DNA of 32,000 nt from NCBI RefSeq assembly GCF_000299365.1, contig NC_018655.1, forward strand, positions 1,440,001-1,472,000. Reading direction: 5' to 3'. The position numbers were made by a program, and so were the translations under genes. The first letter of the stretch is position 1, and each line of letters starts with the position of its first letter. The notes under the pieces are model-generated. The model saw only the letters and a list, made by a program, of their open reading frames with translations. It did not search any database and was not told where the DNA came from. This document shows, in pieces, positions 18,084-26,239 of this stretch. The stretch comes from Candidatus Nitrosopumilus koreensis AR1 (lineage in GTDB: Archaea > Thermoproteota > Nitrososphaeria > Nitrososphaerales > Nitrosopumilaceae).

Positions 18084-19475
18084 TTGAATCAAATTACTAC
18101 AGTAAATCCCACTACAGGTAAAGAGATCAACACATTTTCACCAATGGATAGAGATCAAGTATTTGAATTAGTTAGAAAAGCAAAAAGGGCATTTCCTGAA
18201 TGGAAAAAAGATTATGAGAAACGTCGAAGTTACATTTACAATTTAGTTGAACACCTTAAGAAAAACAAAACAGAGTTAGCAAAAATTGCAACTAGTGAGA
18301 TGGGAAAAGCACTCAAAGAATCAATTGGTGAAGTTGAAAAATGTGCTTGGGCCTTGGAATTTTATGCAGATCATGGAGATAGTTTTCTTTCAGACGAAGT
18401 CTTAAACACAGATGCAAGGAAGAGTTTTCTTACATTTGAACCATTAGGAGTAATTGGTTCTATTATGCCATGGAATTTTCCATATTGGCAAGCTCTAAGA
18501 TTTGCAGCTCCATGTTTAATGGCAGGTAATGTAATTGTGATGAAACCATCCAGAATTACCATGCAATCAGGAATTGAAATTGAAAAAGCATTCACAGAAG
18601 CAGGGATACCAGAGGGAGTGTTTTCAACTGTAACTGGAAGTGTTGATTCTGCAAACCATCTAATTGATTCAGAAGTTAATGCAGTGACATTTACTGGCAG
18701 TACTAATGCAGGAGCAAAAGTTGGAGAAAGATCTGCCATGAATCTAAAAAAATGTGTTTTAGAGTTAGGAGGAAGTGATCCTTTCATAGTTTTAGATGAT
18801 GCCATCATAGAAAAAGCGGCTGAAGGCGCAGTTAAAGGCAGATTTATCAATTGTGGGCAAAGTTGTGTAGCCTCAAAAAGATTCTTTGTGGGCAAGAATA
18901 TTGCTAAAGACTTTATTGAATTGTTTATCAAAAAAGCATCTCAACTAAAAGTAGGAGACCCAATGTCAATGGATACAGATATTGGTCCAATTTCTAATAA
19001 AGACGGGTTAGAAACAATTTCTGGAATTGTTGAAGATGCAAAGGAAAAAGGTGCCGAAGTACTGTTAGGAGGAGAAAAGATAGAAGGTAACGGATATTTC
19101 TACAAACCAACAATTCTAACAAACATTACACCAGACATGAGAATTGCAAAAGAAGAAACATTTGGACCAGTTGCTCCAATAACTATTGTTGAAAATGAAA
19201 GTGAGGCAATTAAATTGGCTAATGATAGTGAATTTGGATTAGGTGCCAGTATATGGACACAAGATCTTGCAAAAGCAGATAAAATGTCAAGAAGGATTGA
19301 ATCAGGAATTGTAAGTGTAAATAATGTAGTTATCTCAGATCCAAGAATTCCTTTTGGAGGAATAAAACATAGTGGTTTTGGAAGAGAGTTATCAAGATAT
19401 GGGATGTTAGAATTTGTAAATCTAAAATCAGTTAGATTCTACGACAACTTGACACATCATCATTACGTAGAATAA
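18084..19475 (+). CDS. NAD(P)-dependent aldehyde dehydrogenase, succinate-semialdehyde dehydrogenase type
   Basis: TVNPTTGKEI, PWNFPYWQALRFAAPCLMAGN, FTGSTNAGAKVGE, ELGGSDPFIVLDDA, NCGQSCVASKRFFV, EETFGPVAPI. Confidence 0.9.
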   Translation: MNQITTVNPTTGKEINTFSPMDRDQVFELVRKAKRAFPEWKKDYEKRRSYIYNLVEHLKKNKTELAKIATSEMGKALKESIGEVEKCAWALEFYADHGDSFLSDEVLNTDARKSFLTFEPLGVIGSIMPWNFPYWQALRFAAPCLMAGNVIVMKPSRITMQSGIEIEKAFTEAGIPEGVFSTVTGSVDSANHLIDSEVNAVTFTGSTNAGAKVGERSAMNLKKCVLELGGSDPFIVLDDAIIEKAAEGAVKGRFINCGQSCVASKRFFVGKNIAKDFIELFIKKASQLKVGDPMSMDTDIGPISNKDGLETISGIVEDAKEKGAEVLLGGEKIEGNGYFYKPTILTNITPDMRIAKEETFGPVAPITIVENESEAIKLANDSEFGLGASIWTQDLAKADKMSRRIESGIVSVNNVVISDPRIPFGGIKHSGFGRELSRYGMLEFVNLKSVRFYDNLTHHHYVE

Positions 19476-19503
19476 TTTTTCATAGTTGAAATTATGAGGA
19501 TCC

Positions 19504-19514
19504 TTTAAGTATAA
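19504..19514 (+). promoter_or_regulatory. TATA-like box upstream of the structured element
   Basis: TTTAAGTATAA, center about 24-25 nt before 19534. Confidence 0.4.
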
Positions 19515-19533
19515 TTTTAGCGTATTATATACT

Positions 19534-19648
19534 GACGAGGACACTCGATGACATACATTGTTGAGTGAAGATCAATGAGATCTTAGGAACGCCTTGAGCT
19601 TTGATATACGTTCAGAGTTCATGATTCCTCAAGGACGGAGTCCTCGTC
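19534..19648 (+). ncRNA. Candidate structured RNA of unknown family
   Basis: Closing helix GACGAGGAC(19534-19542)/GTCCTCGTC(19640-19648); CACTC(19542-19546)/GAGTG(19563-19567); AAGATC(19568-19573)/GATCTT(19579-19584); CCTTGAG(19592-19598)/CTCAAGG(19628-19634). Confidence 0.45.
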
Positions 19649-19906
19649 AAATTCTTCATCATCTTCACATTCTTCTAATTCTACATAAATTGGAGTTTCA
19701 TCTTCAAAGAAAATCTCAATGCAGATATCAGTAGATAAAGTAGATACTATAGTTTCAGCCAATTCTTTTGGAAAATTTCCTAAGCGACCGGGATCAGATG
19801 AATATCTGTACTCAGTTACCACATCATCATGATAAAAATCGAATTCAATGTCCCCATTTGCAAATTTTCTCACAGCAATTACTTGGCCAAATATGCTGAG
19901 AGTCAT
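19619..19906 (-). CDS. Small acidic hypothetical protein
   Basis: 95 aa MTLSIFGQVIAVRKFANGDIEFDFYHDDVVTEYRYSSDPGRLG... with acidic C-terminus. Confidence 0.65.
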   Translation of the reverse strand: MTLSIFGQVIAVRKFANGDIEFDFYHDDVVTEYRYSSDPGRLGNFPKELAETIVSTLSTDICIEIFFEDETPIYVELEECEDDEEFDEDSVLEES

Positions 19907-19908
19907 GC

Positions 19909-20466
19909 CTAATTTCCTTGCTCAGCAACATCTCGTGTGAGATTTTCAGCCAGATCTTCATAGTGTTTTCGTGATTTTCCCAAACCGTTGAGTTTTTCGG
20001 TTTCAATCTCGTTTAATTCACCATCAACCTTTTGTGCTACATATTGCAAACGAGCTTCTGCCATCATAAACAATCGATTATTTTCTTTCCAAAGGTGTTC
20101 TGTGATATGTTCAACATATTGTTTCATATCACTAATCAGTTTTGTAGAATCACCTGAAGAAAGGTATTCTTTTGCAGAAGCCTCCATGTTTGATCCAATT
20201 TCTCTAGAACGTTCATGATCCATCAACATCATTGCTATAGGTCCCATATTTTTTGGCATTCCAGCTTGTTCTAATGCAGGAAACAAAGAATTTTCTTCTT
20301 TACTATGATGACAAACATCGGTAAAGTTTTTGGAAAAATCAATTACAGGAAGTAAGATAGATTCAGGAATTTTTTTATTTTCGTTTAATAATTGGATAGT
20401 TGCATCCATTGCTTTGATAACTTTTTCAATTAAATCATGATCACGTCTTAATGATGCAGTTGACAT
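19909..20466 (-). CDS. Hemerythrin HHE cation-binding domain protein
   Basis: LRRDHDLIEKV, DVCHHSKEENSLFPALE, MLMDHERSREI, HITEHLWKENNRLF. Confidence 0.9.
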   Translation of the reverse strand: MSTASLRRDHDLIEKVIKAMDATIQLLNENKKIPESILLPVIDFSKNFTDVCHHSKEENSLFPALEQAGMPKNMGPIAMMLMDHERSREIGSNMEASAKEYLSSGDSTKLISDMKQYVEHITEHLWKENNRLFMMAEARLQYVAQKVDGELNEIETEKLNGLGKSRKHYEDLAENLTRDVAEQGN

Positions 20467-20533
20467 GATGATTTTACATAATTTCTGGTATCTATATCTT
20501 ATTTTTTCAAAAATAATTAAAAGATAGAAATTA

Positions 20534-20553
20534 GTTAACGAGTTATCGTTAAC
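20534..20553. promoter_or_regulatory. Perfect 8-bp inverted repeat, 4-nt spacer, between the SWIB-like and hemerythrin genes
   Basis: GTTAACGA-gtta-TCGTTAAC; also direct repeat GTTAACGAG at 20534 and 20548. Confidence 0.7.
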
Positions 20554-20561
20554 GAGTGGTT

Positions 20562-20873
20562 TTAACGATTAGAGAGGCTTTTTGATTTTACAAACGCCCA
20601 AATCTTTTTGGTCATTTCACTTGGAGCAATTGGTTTGTTGCCAAATATTTGTTCAGCAGTTTCTTTTCGACCTGCAAAACTAATGGAGTATCCACCAAAT
20701 GCGGGTTTCTTTGCTTTTGATTTAGTAGTTTTCTTTTTTGGTGCTGCCTTTCTTTTTGGTGCTGCCTTTCTTTTTGGTGCTGCCTTTCTTTTTGGTGCTG
20801 CCTTCTTTTTTGTAGTAGTTTTTCTTTTGGTTGTTTTCTTTTTTACCGCCAATTTCTTGTAGTTGTAATTCAA
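20562..20873 (-). CDS. Basic protein with tandem AAPKRK repeats and a C-terminal SWIB-like segment
   Basis: KKKAAPKRKAAPKRKAAPKRKAAPKKKTTKSK...AFGGYSISFAGRKETAEQIFGNKPIAPSEMTKKIWAFVKSKSL. Confidence 0.7.
   Translation of the reverse strand: MNYNYKKLAVKKKTTKRKTTTKKKAAPKRKAAPKRKAAPKRKAAPKKKTTKSKAKKPAFGGYSISFAGRKETAEQIFGNKPIAPSEMTKKIWAFVKSKSLSNR
20736..20812 (-). repeat. About four tandem 18-bp repeats encoding AAPKRK
   Basis: ttttggtgctgcctttct repeated in tandem on the + strand. Confidence 0.9.
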
Positions 20874-20888
20874 ATAAAGTATAAGAAC

Positions 20889-21563
20889 TTAGAGCTTTTC
20901 ATAATGTAGAACTAGATGATTCTTGAGCCTCTTTACTGATTTGAGTCTAAGATTTGGAGAATTGGAAATTTTGCTGAATCCTGTACCACGTAAATAGGAT
21001 ATAGAATCATCACCACCAATTAAGAATGGTGACAAGGTGATAATCATTTCATCAAAAAAGTCATGCTTAACAAATTCCCAATTTACGGTTCCCCCACCTT
21101 CAACAAGGATTGTTTTGATATTTTTTTCAGAGAGTTTTTTTAGTAATAATTTTAGATTAACAGAATTTTTGCCAACAGTGATTATTTCAATGGGAAATTT
21201 TTGTAATTTTGCAAGGTTGGCGTTAGTAATTTTTTTAGATGTTGCAATAATGGTAGGAACTTGGTGGCTTGATTGTAGAATTTTTGATGTTTTAGAGATG
21301 CTTCCTTCAGAATCTAAAATAATCCTAGTCGGATTTTGCCCTTTAGTGTGACGAACAGTCAGCATAGGGTTATCACGAGATATAGTATTTTTTCCCACAA
21401 GAATTGCATCTACACTAGAACGTAATTTGTGTAGTCTCTTGATATCTTCTTTAGATGAAAGTTTTGAATCATTTGTTTTTGTTGCAATTTTTCCATCAAC
21501 AGATATTGCTGCACTAAGAATAACATGAGGTCTAGAGTTTTCCATGTACGATTTTTCCTCCAA
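20889..21563 (-). CDS. arfC: 2,5-diamino-6-ribosylamino-pyrimidinone 5'-phosphate reductase (ArfC/RibD2)
   Basis: RPHVILSAAISVDGKIATK, LHKLRSSVDAILVGKNTISRDNPMLTVR, NPTRIILDSEG, KTILVEGGGTVNWEF, ISPFLIGG-like end. ATG at 21545 is an alternative start. Confidence 0.88.
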   Translation of the reverse strand: MEEKSYMENSRPHVILSAAISVDGKIATKTNDSKLSSKEDIKRLHKLRSSVDAILVGKNTISRDNPMLTVRHTKGQNPTRIILDSEGSISKTSKILQSSHQVPTIIATSKKITNANLAKLQKFPIEIITVGKNSVNLKLLLKKLSEKNIKTILVEGGGTVNWEFVKHDFFDEMIITLSPFLIGGDDSISYLRGTGFSKISNSPNLRLKSVKRLKNHLVLHYEKL

Positions 21564-22722
21564 TCATGACAGCTTTTATTGCAGATTCAGATGCTCTATG
21601 AACAATTGATGCATAAGGATCATGTATTGGTTCTAAATCCAATGCATGTTTATCAAGAAATATACAGTCAGCAATCTTTCCAGTTTCAATTATTCCGATA
21701 TTTTTTTTCAGTATTTTACCACCATTTACCGTGGACATTTTTAGAATTTCTTTAGGATTAACTCTTTTTTTATGAATGCCCATTGTGACTTTCCAAAGAT
21801 AATCCATTTCTCTAAACATATCAGGTGAGTTTATCATTACATTATCTGTGCCTAATGCTAGCGTACAACCTGCTTTTTGCATTAAAGTGATGTCAGGAAT
21901 CCCTTCAGCCAAAGAGGCATTAGCTCTTGGACAAATAACAATGCCTCTGATTTTTTTTGCTGCAGCACGTAAATCACTTTTTGATGCATAAGTCATGTGT
22001 ACAAGAAAATGGGGTTTTAGAGACAATGCCCGAATTGTTTCAGATTTTCCAGTCATCTTTTTAGATTTTGATACGCTTTGTTTGGTTTCAGAAGAATGGA
22101 TTGCTCTGATTTTTGATGTTTTAGAGTAATGATTAAGAACTGAATTACTATTTTCGTTTGCTCCACTTATACCCAATCCATCACATTTTTGAAGAATCAA
22201 AGGCAATTTTTTGGCTTGTTCTTTTGGAATAGGTAGATTTTTTTTAATTTCAAGTGAATCTTGGTAAAAATCTACTCTTCCCAAAATTATTGATCGAATG
22301 GGGAGTTTGGATAATGTTTTCTTTAATAAAATCACACCATCTAATCCCCCTTCTCTAAAATCAACAAAAGTGGTAATGCCTTTTCTAATCATAGAGTGGC
22401 AAGTATTTTGCATAAAATTTGATAAATTCTCAGGAGGTGTGTTTTTTAGAATTTTTGATTTTGCTCCAAAAACAGGATGTATTTTTTTATCTACAGAACT
22501 GTCAAGTGTAACATCCTTTCCAATAGAATCACCTATGTGAGTATGTGCATTAATGAATCCAGGAATAAGTAATAGTCCTTCACAGTCAACAGAATCCTCT
22601 TTAGTACTTGGTTTTATGTTAGGTTGGATTCGCTTGAATTCTCCATTTTTGATTTGAATATTTGTTTGTGAAACAAAATCTAATTCTTTTCCTAGTAGTA
22701 GGCTAATATTTTTGATTAACAT
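21532..22722 (-). CDS. Amidohydrolase-superfamily protein, TrzA/AtzA/cytosine-deaminase-like
   Basis: LLIPGFINAHTHIGDS (HxH), IRAIHSSET (HxxE), FLVHMTYAS, ALGTDNVMINSPDMFREM (catalytic Asp). Confidence 0.88.
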   Translation of the reverse strand: MLIKNISLLLGKELDFVSQTNIQIKNGEFKRIQPNIKPSTKEDSVDCEGLLLIPGFINAHTHIGDSIGKDVTLDSSVDKKIHPVFGAKSKILKNTPPENLSNFMQNTCHSMIRKGITTFVDFREGGLDGVILLKKTLSKLPIRSIILGRVDFYQDSLEIKKNLPIPKEQAKKLPLILQKCDGLGISGANENSNSVLNHYSKTSKIRAIHSSETKQSVSKSKKMTGKSETIRALSLKPHFLVHMTYASKSDLRAAAKKIRGIVICPRANASLAEGIPDITLMQKAGCTLALGTDNVMINSPDMFREMDYLWKVTMGIHKKRVNPKEILKMSTVNGGKILKKNIGIIETGKIADCIFLDKHALDLEPIHDPYASIVHRASESAIKAVMIGGKIVHGKL

Positions 22723-23468
22723 GATAATTCATAAACTTCAGGTTTTTCTTTTCCTGAATCTCGAATTTCACGAATAGTATCTAGTGACTTTGTGGCTAGT
22801 TTTACAGCTTCTCTACAAGTACTTGCATTACCAATACCGCAATTCAAAGAAATGTTATCATCATTTTTTATCATATTGATGAAATTTTGGACAGAGTTTT
22901 TTGCATCATCACTTGCAACCACCATGAAATTATCACCACCCATAAAAAATGTCAGTGAATTTTTTTCCAAGAAATATTTTGACATTTTTGAATACAATTG
23001 AAAAATTATTGAGGATATTTCGTATGGGGAGTTTGTCGTTCTCCTAGAAGTAAGATCATCAACATCTAAATGCATTATAGTAACTTTGGAGGAAGATGTA
23101 TCATTTACAAAACCAAAAATGTTGTATTGTTTATCTAGAATAATGTTATTTTTCTTGCCTTCATATGCTTTCAGATTTGCATCAAATGGAGATTCAGCAA
23201 ATCCAATTGAAATGGCCAGATGTATTTCAAATGATTTTTCAAGGGTTTTTTGAATTTGGATGTGATCTTCTAGCCCAAGACCATTTGAAACAACAAAGAA
23301 TTCATCAAATCTGTTAAGAAATACAAGACAATTTTTTTCAGAAAATAATTTTTGTACTTGTTTGTAAAGAGATGCCTGAAGCATTTGAAGTTCATGTTCT
23401 CTATCACTGCCCAGAGTCAAAGTCCATGGTCCATAACCAGTTATTTTTAGAATGCTTAACTGAATCAT
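22716..23468 (-). CDS. arfA: GTP cyclohydrolase III (IIa)
   Basis: MIQLSILKITGYGPWTLTLGSDREHELQMLQASLY, FLNRFDEFFVVSNGL, FFMGGDNFMVVA, CGIGNASTCREAVKLATKSLDTIRE. Confidence 0.92.
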   Translation of the reverse strand: MIQLSILKITGYGPWTLTLGSDREHELQMLQASLYKQVQKLFSEKNCLVFLNRFDEFFVVSNGLGLEDHIQIQKTLEKSFEIHLAISIGFAESPFDANLKAYEGKKNNIILDKQYNIFGFVNDTSSSKVTIMHLDVDDLTSRRTTNSPYEISSIIFQLYSKMSKYFLEKNSLTFFMGGDNFMVVASDDAKNSVQNFINMIKNDDNISLNCGIGNASTCREAVKLATKSLDTIREIRDSGKEKPEVYELSC

Positions 23469-23881
23469 TTTTGAATCCTTTTTAGTTCAGAGGAGATTTT
23501 TACTACAGCTTCCACTGCACGTTCAGCTACAGGTCTTATTCTAGCATGTGCGTGTCTTTCTTGCATGCCAGGACCAGATATTCCTAAAGATACTGGTTTT
23601 TTGTGTTTTATAGATAAATCAGTTAATGCTTGAGCAGCTGCATGAGAGATAACCTCATCATGTTTTGTTTGTCCCTTGATAATTGCACCTAAGGTAACTA
23701 CTGCATCAACATCACTTTTTTGCAACAAAGCATCAACAATGATAGGCATATCATATGCACCAGGTACAGAACAAGTATAAGTTATTTTTAGCTTTAAAGA
23801 ATTGGCTTTTTCTTGTGCAACTGAAAACATCCTAGATGTCACTTTGTCATTAAATTCCGAAACCACTATAGCAATATTCAA
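23465..23881 (-). CDS. ribH: 6,7-dimethyl-8-ribityllumazine synthase
   Basis: IVVSEFNDKVTSRM, VPGAYDMPIIVDALL, DAVVTLGAIIKGQTKHDEVISHAAAQALTDLS, PVSLGI. Confidence 0.95.
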   Translation of the reverse strand: MNIAIVVSEFNDKVTSRMFSVAQEKANSLKLKITYTCSVPGAYDMPIIVDALLQKSDVDAVVTLGAIIKGQTKHDEVISHAAAQALTDLSIKHKKPVSLGISGPGMQERHAHARIRPVAERAVEAVVKISSELKRIQK

Positions 23882-23883
23882 AA

Positions 23884-24606
23884 TTAATGCACCTTAGCGT
23901 ATTCTAATAGTTCTTTTCCATCAATTAATGGAATTCCATTTTGTTTTCCAAACTTTTCTGCCTTGTCAACAGATAATGCAGTATATGTTTCAGCATCCAT
24001 CATTTCACAAATTGCAGTTACAGGAGTCAAACCTGCAATCTGTGCAAGATATACGGACATCTCTGTATGTCCTTGACGTGCTGCTAACAAACCTTTTGAT
24101 GCAATTAACAAAGGAACATGTCCAGGAGTTTTAAATGATGATGCGAACTTTTTTTGTTTGTTCTCAACATTATAGATATTTGCCATTTCTCTTATAGTCA
24201 AAGATCTGTCATTATCAGTAATTCCAGTATAAGTCTGATAATGATTTACAGACAATGAAAATGTTGGATGATCACCATAAGGTGCCAGTCCCATGATCAT
24301 CTCCTTATTTGGAATTGAGGAATCAGATAAAATTTCGTGCATATATTTTAGTTCTAATGAATTTGCAAAGTTGTTATCTATTGCAATACAAAGTAATCCA
24401 CCAGCATGTTGACGCATTCTAGCAACATGTTCAGGAGTAACAAATTCTGCAGCTACTACCATGTCAATCTCATTTTCCCTTCCTGCAGAATCAAACAAAA
24501 GTACAAACTCTCCTCTTTTTAGAGATTGTAATGCAGATTCAAGAGACATAAACAAAAAAATCCTCAAACGGATTATAAAGTTTACTAAAAAATTGGTAAT
24601 TACCAC
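23884..24606 (-). CDS. ribB: 3,4-dihydroxy-2-butanone 4-phosphate synthase
   Basis: LKRGEFVLLFDSAGRENEIDMVVAAEFVTPEHVARMRQHAGGLLCIAI, TGITDNDRSLTIRE, FKTPGHVPLLIASKGLLAARQGHTEMSVYLAQIAGLTPVTAICEMMD. Confidence 0.93.
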   Translation of the reverse strand: MVITNFLVNFIIRLRIFLFMSLESALQSLKRGEFVLLFDSAGRENEIDMVVAAEFVTPEHVARMRQHAGGLLCIAIDNNFANSLELKYMHEILSDSSIPNKEMIMGLAPYGDHPTFSLSVNHYQTYTGITDNDRSLTIREMANIYNVENKQKKFASSFKTPGHVPLLIASKGLLAARQGHTEMSVYLAQIAGLTPVTAICEMMDAETYTALSVDKAEKFGKQNGIPLIDGKELLEYAKVH

Positions 24607-24627
24607 TAAAGTAGTAGATTATCGTGT

Positions 24628-25215
24628 TTATTTTAGGATGTATTTCCCAAGAATGTCAGTTTCAATATTAACTTTGTCGCCTACTTTTTTGGTTTGAAAA
24701 TTTGTAACCTCAATTGTATGAGGAATTAATGATACAGATGCAAGATTTTTTTTAATGTCAACTACAGTCAGGCTTATCCCATCAACTGCAATGGAGCCTT
24801 TCTTCACGACATACTTTGCTAATTTTTTAGGTACCTCAAACCAAACTTGAACTTCTTTAGGTTTTTTTAGAATTTTTTTGATAATTCCTACTCCATCAAC
24901 ATGACCTAAAACAAAATGACCTTCTAGTCTATCTCCGGCTTTTAAACTTCGTTCAATGTTTACTATTCCACCAACTTTAAGATTTCCAAGATCAGTTTTC
25001 TTTGTTGTCTCTTCAATCATTTCAAATATACAGTTTGATTTTGACAGTTTTGTTGCCGTAAGGCAAACACCATTTAGTGCAACGCTTTGTCCAATTTTAA
25101 GTCCTTTTGCATGTTTTCCCAGATTCACAGTCATTTGTATTGCACTTCTATTTTTTGTATTTTTAGAAATTTTTTCTACCTTACCTATTCCCTCAACAAT
25201 TCCAGTAAACATCAA
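24628..25215 (-). CDS. ribE: Riboflavin synthase, bacterial-type two-barrel (alpha chain)
   Basis: MFTGIVEGIGKVEKI, IGQSVALNGVCLTAT, LKAGDRLEGHFVLGHVDGVG, KKGSIAVDGISLTVVDI, KVGDKVNIETDILGKY. The gene is also called ribC in some genomes. Confidence 0.93.
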   Translation of the reverse strand: MMFTGIVEGIGKVEKISKNTKNRSAIQMTVNLGKHAKGLKIGQSVALNGVCLTATKLSKSNCIFEMIEETTKKTDLGNLKVGGIVNIERSLKAGDRLEGHFVLGHVDGVGIIKKILKKPKEVQVWFEVPKKLAKYVVKKGSIAVDGISLTVVDIKKNLASVSLIPHTIEVTNFQTKKVGDKVNIETDILGKYILK

Positions 25216-25266
25216 AACTATCTACAAATTCATGTATAAAATGATTTAGATGATTTTCATGTAAAA

Positions 25267-25971
25267 TTATTTGTCATCTAATTTCTTAAATTCATTTTCA
25301 CAAACTTGATGGAAAAGAGAACATTTGTTTTCTTTTGCATCTATCTTAATTTTTTCCATATCTTTGTTAAGAATTCCCTGTGCAGCCAAAAATGCATCAT
25401 CCTTCTTTCCTAATTTTTCAAACAGTTTTGATTTAGCAAGAGGAATTTCCTTGAGGCTAGAGTCAACTGATTGGGCCTTATCATAAAGTTCTATTGCACT
25501 TTCATAATCTCTCAAATGGCTATAAGATATAGCTTTATTCATCAAAGCAGTAACATCATTTGGATCTATTTCAAGTGATTTGTTATAACATTCAAGCGCA
25601 TCTTTGTGTCGATTTAATTCATTCAAAGACAAACCCTTACTATTCAAAGCCCAAGAATCACGGGGATTTAAAGAAAGAATTTGATCACATAATTCTAGAA
25701 CTTGTTCATATTGATTCAGACTTTCTAATGCATAAATTTTATTTTTTAATGCATAAGTATCTGATTCTTTTATTTCAAGAACTCTATCACAATATTTTAT
25801 GGCTTCTTGATATCTTTGTAGATAAATCAAGGATAGACAGATATTTTGCAGTGCAACCATGTCATTAGGGATTTTTTCAAGCAGTCCCTTGCAATAATTG
25901 TACATCTCCTCATATTTTCCTGCATTAAACATTCTAGTAATGACATTACATGGGTCTAGCAGATTAACCAT
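25267..25971 (-). CDS. Tetratricopeptide repeat protein
   Basis: Repeated 34-aa units, e.g. YQEAIKYCDRVLEIKESDTYALKNKIYALESLNQ, NRHKDALECYNKSLEIDPNDVTALMNKAISYSHL. Confidence 0.9.
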   Translation of the reverse strand: MVNLLDPCNVITRMFNAGKYEEMYNYCKGLLEKIPNDMVALQNICLSLIYLQRYQEAIKYCDRVLEIKESDTYALKNKIYALESLNQYEQVLELCDQILSLNPRDSWALNSKGLSLNELNRHKDALECYNKSLEIDPNDVTALMNKAISYSHLRDYESAIELYDKAQSVDSSLKEIPLAKSKLFEKLGKKDDAFLAAQGILNKDMEKIKIDAKENKCSLFHQVCENEFKKLDDK

Positions 25972-26036
25972 TTTCTAACAATTAGAATAAAATTTCATCA
26001 TCTTTAAGATAATCTGAAAAAAGGAAAATTTCTTAG

Positions 26037-26180
26037 CTATTTTAAGACTTTACGAATGGTTTCGTTTAGGACTTTGGAATAGCTGTAAGAAGTTTGTTCT
26101 TGTTGAATTAACTTTGCTTGACGAAGTCGAAGTTTTTTATCGATGTCATCATCAATCATTATTGTTACTCGTTTGGCCAT
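26037..26180 (-). CDS. Small CopG/ribbon-helix-helix-like protein (47 aa)
   Basis: Hand translation: MAKRVTIMIDDDIDKKLRLRQAKLIQQEQTSYSYSKVLNETIRKVLK*. RHH pattern: beta strand, then two helices. Below the ORF track size cutoff. Confidence 0.65.
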   Translation of the reverse strand: MAKRVTIMIDDDIDKKLRLRQAKLIQQEQTSYSYSKVLNETIRKVLK

Positions 26181-26239
26181 TTATGTTAAATTATGATAAT
26201 TATAATATAACATTATATGAAATGTCCCAAAAATGGGAA

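Noticed and set aside
18371-18931. 186-aa minus-strand ORF inside the aldehyde dehydrogenase
   Set aside because: Fully antisense to a strong ALDH match with no recognised domain.
19534-19648. Structured element considered as 5S rRNA because of length and closing helix
   Set aside because: Lacks the conserved CCCGAAC / GGAAGUUAAG-type 5S loops.
20736-20812. Tandem 18-bp repeats considered as CRISPR or minisatellite array
   Set aside because: No spacers; the repeats encode AAPKRK in frame within a gene.
20608-20862. + strand ORF FFFGAAFLFGAAFLF...
   Set aside because: Antisense shadow of the Lys/Ala repeat tail of the minus-strand gene; composition is an artefact.
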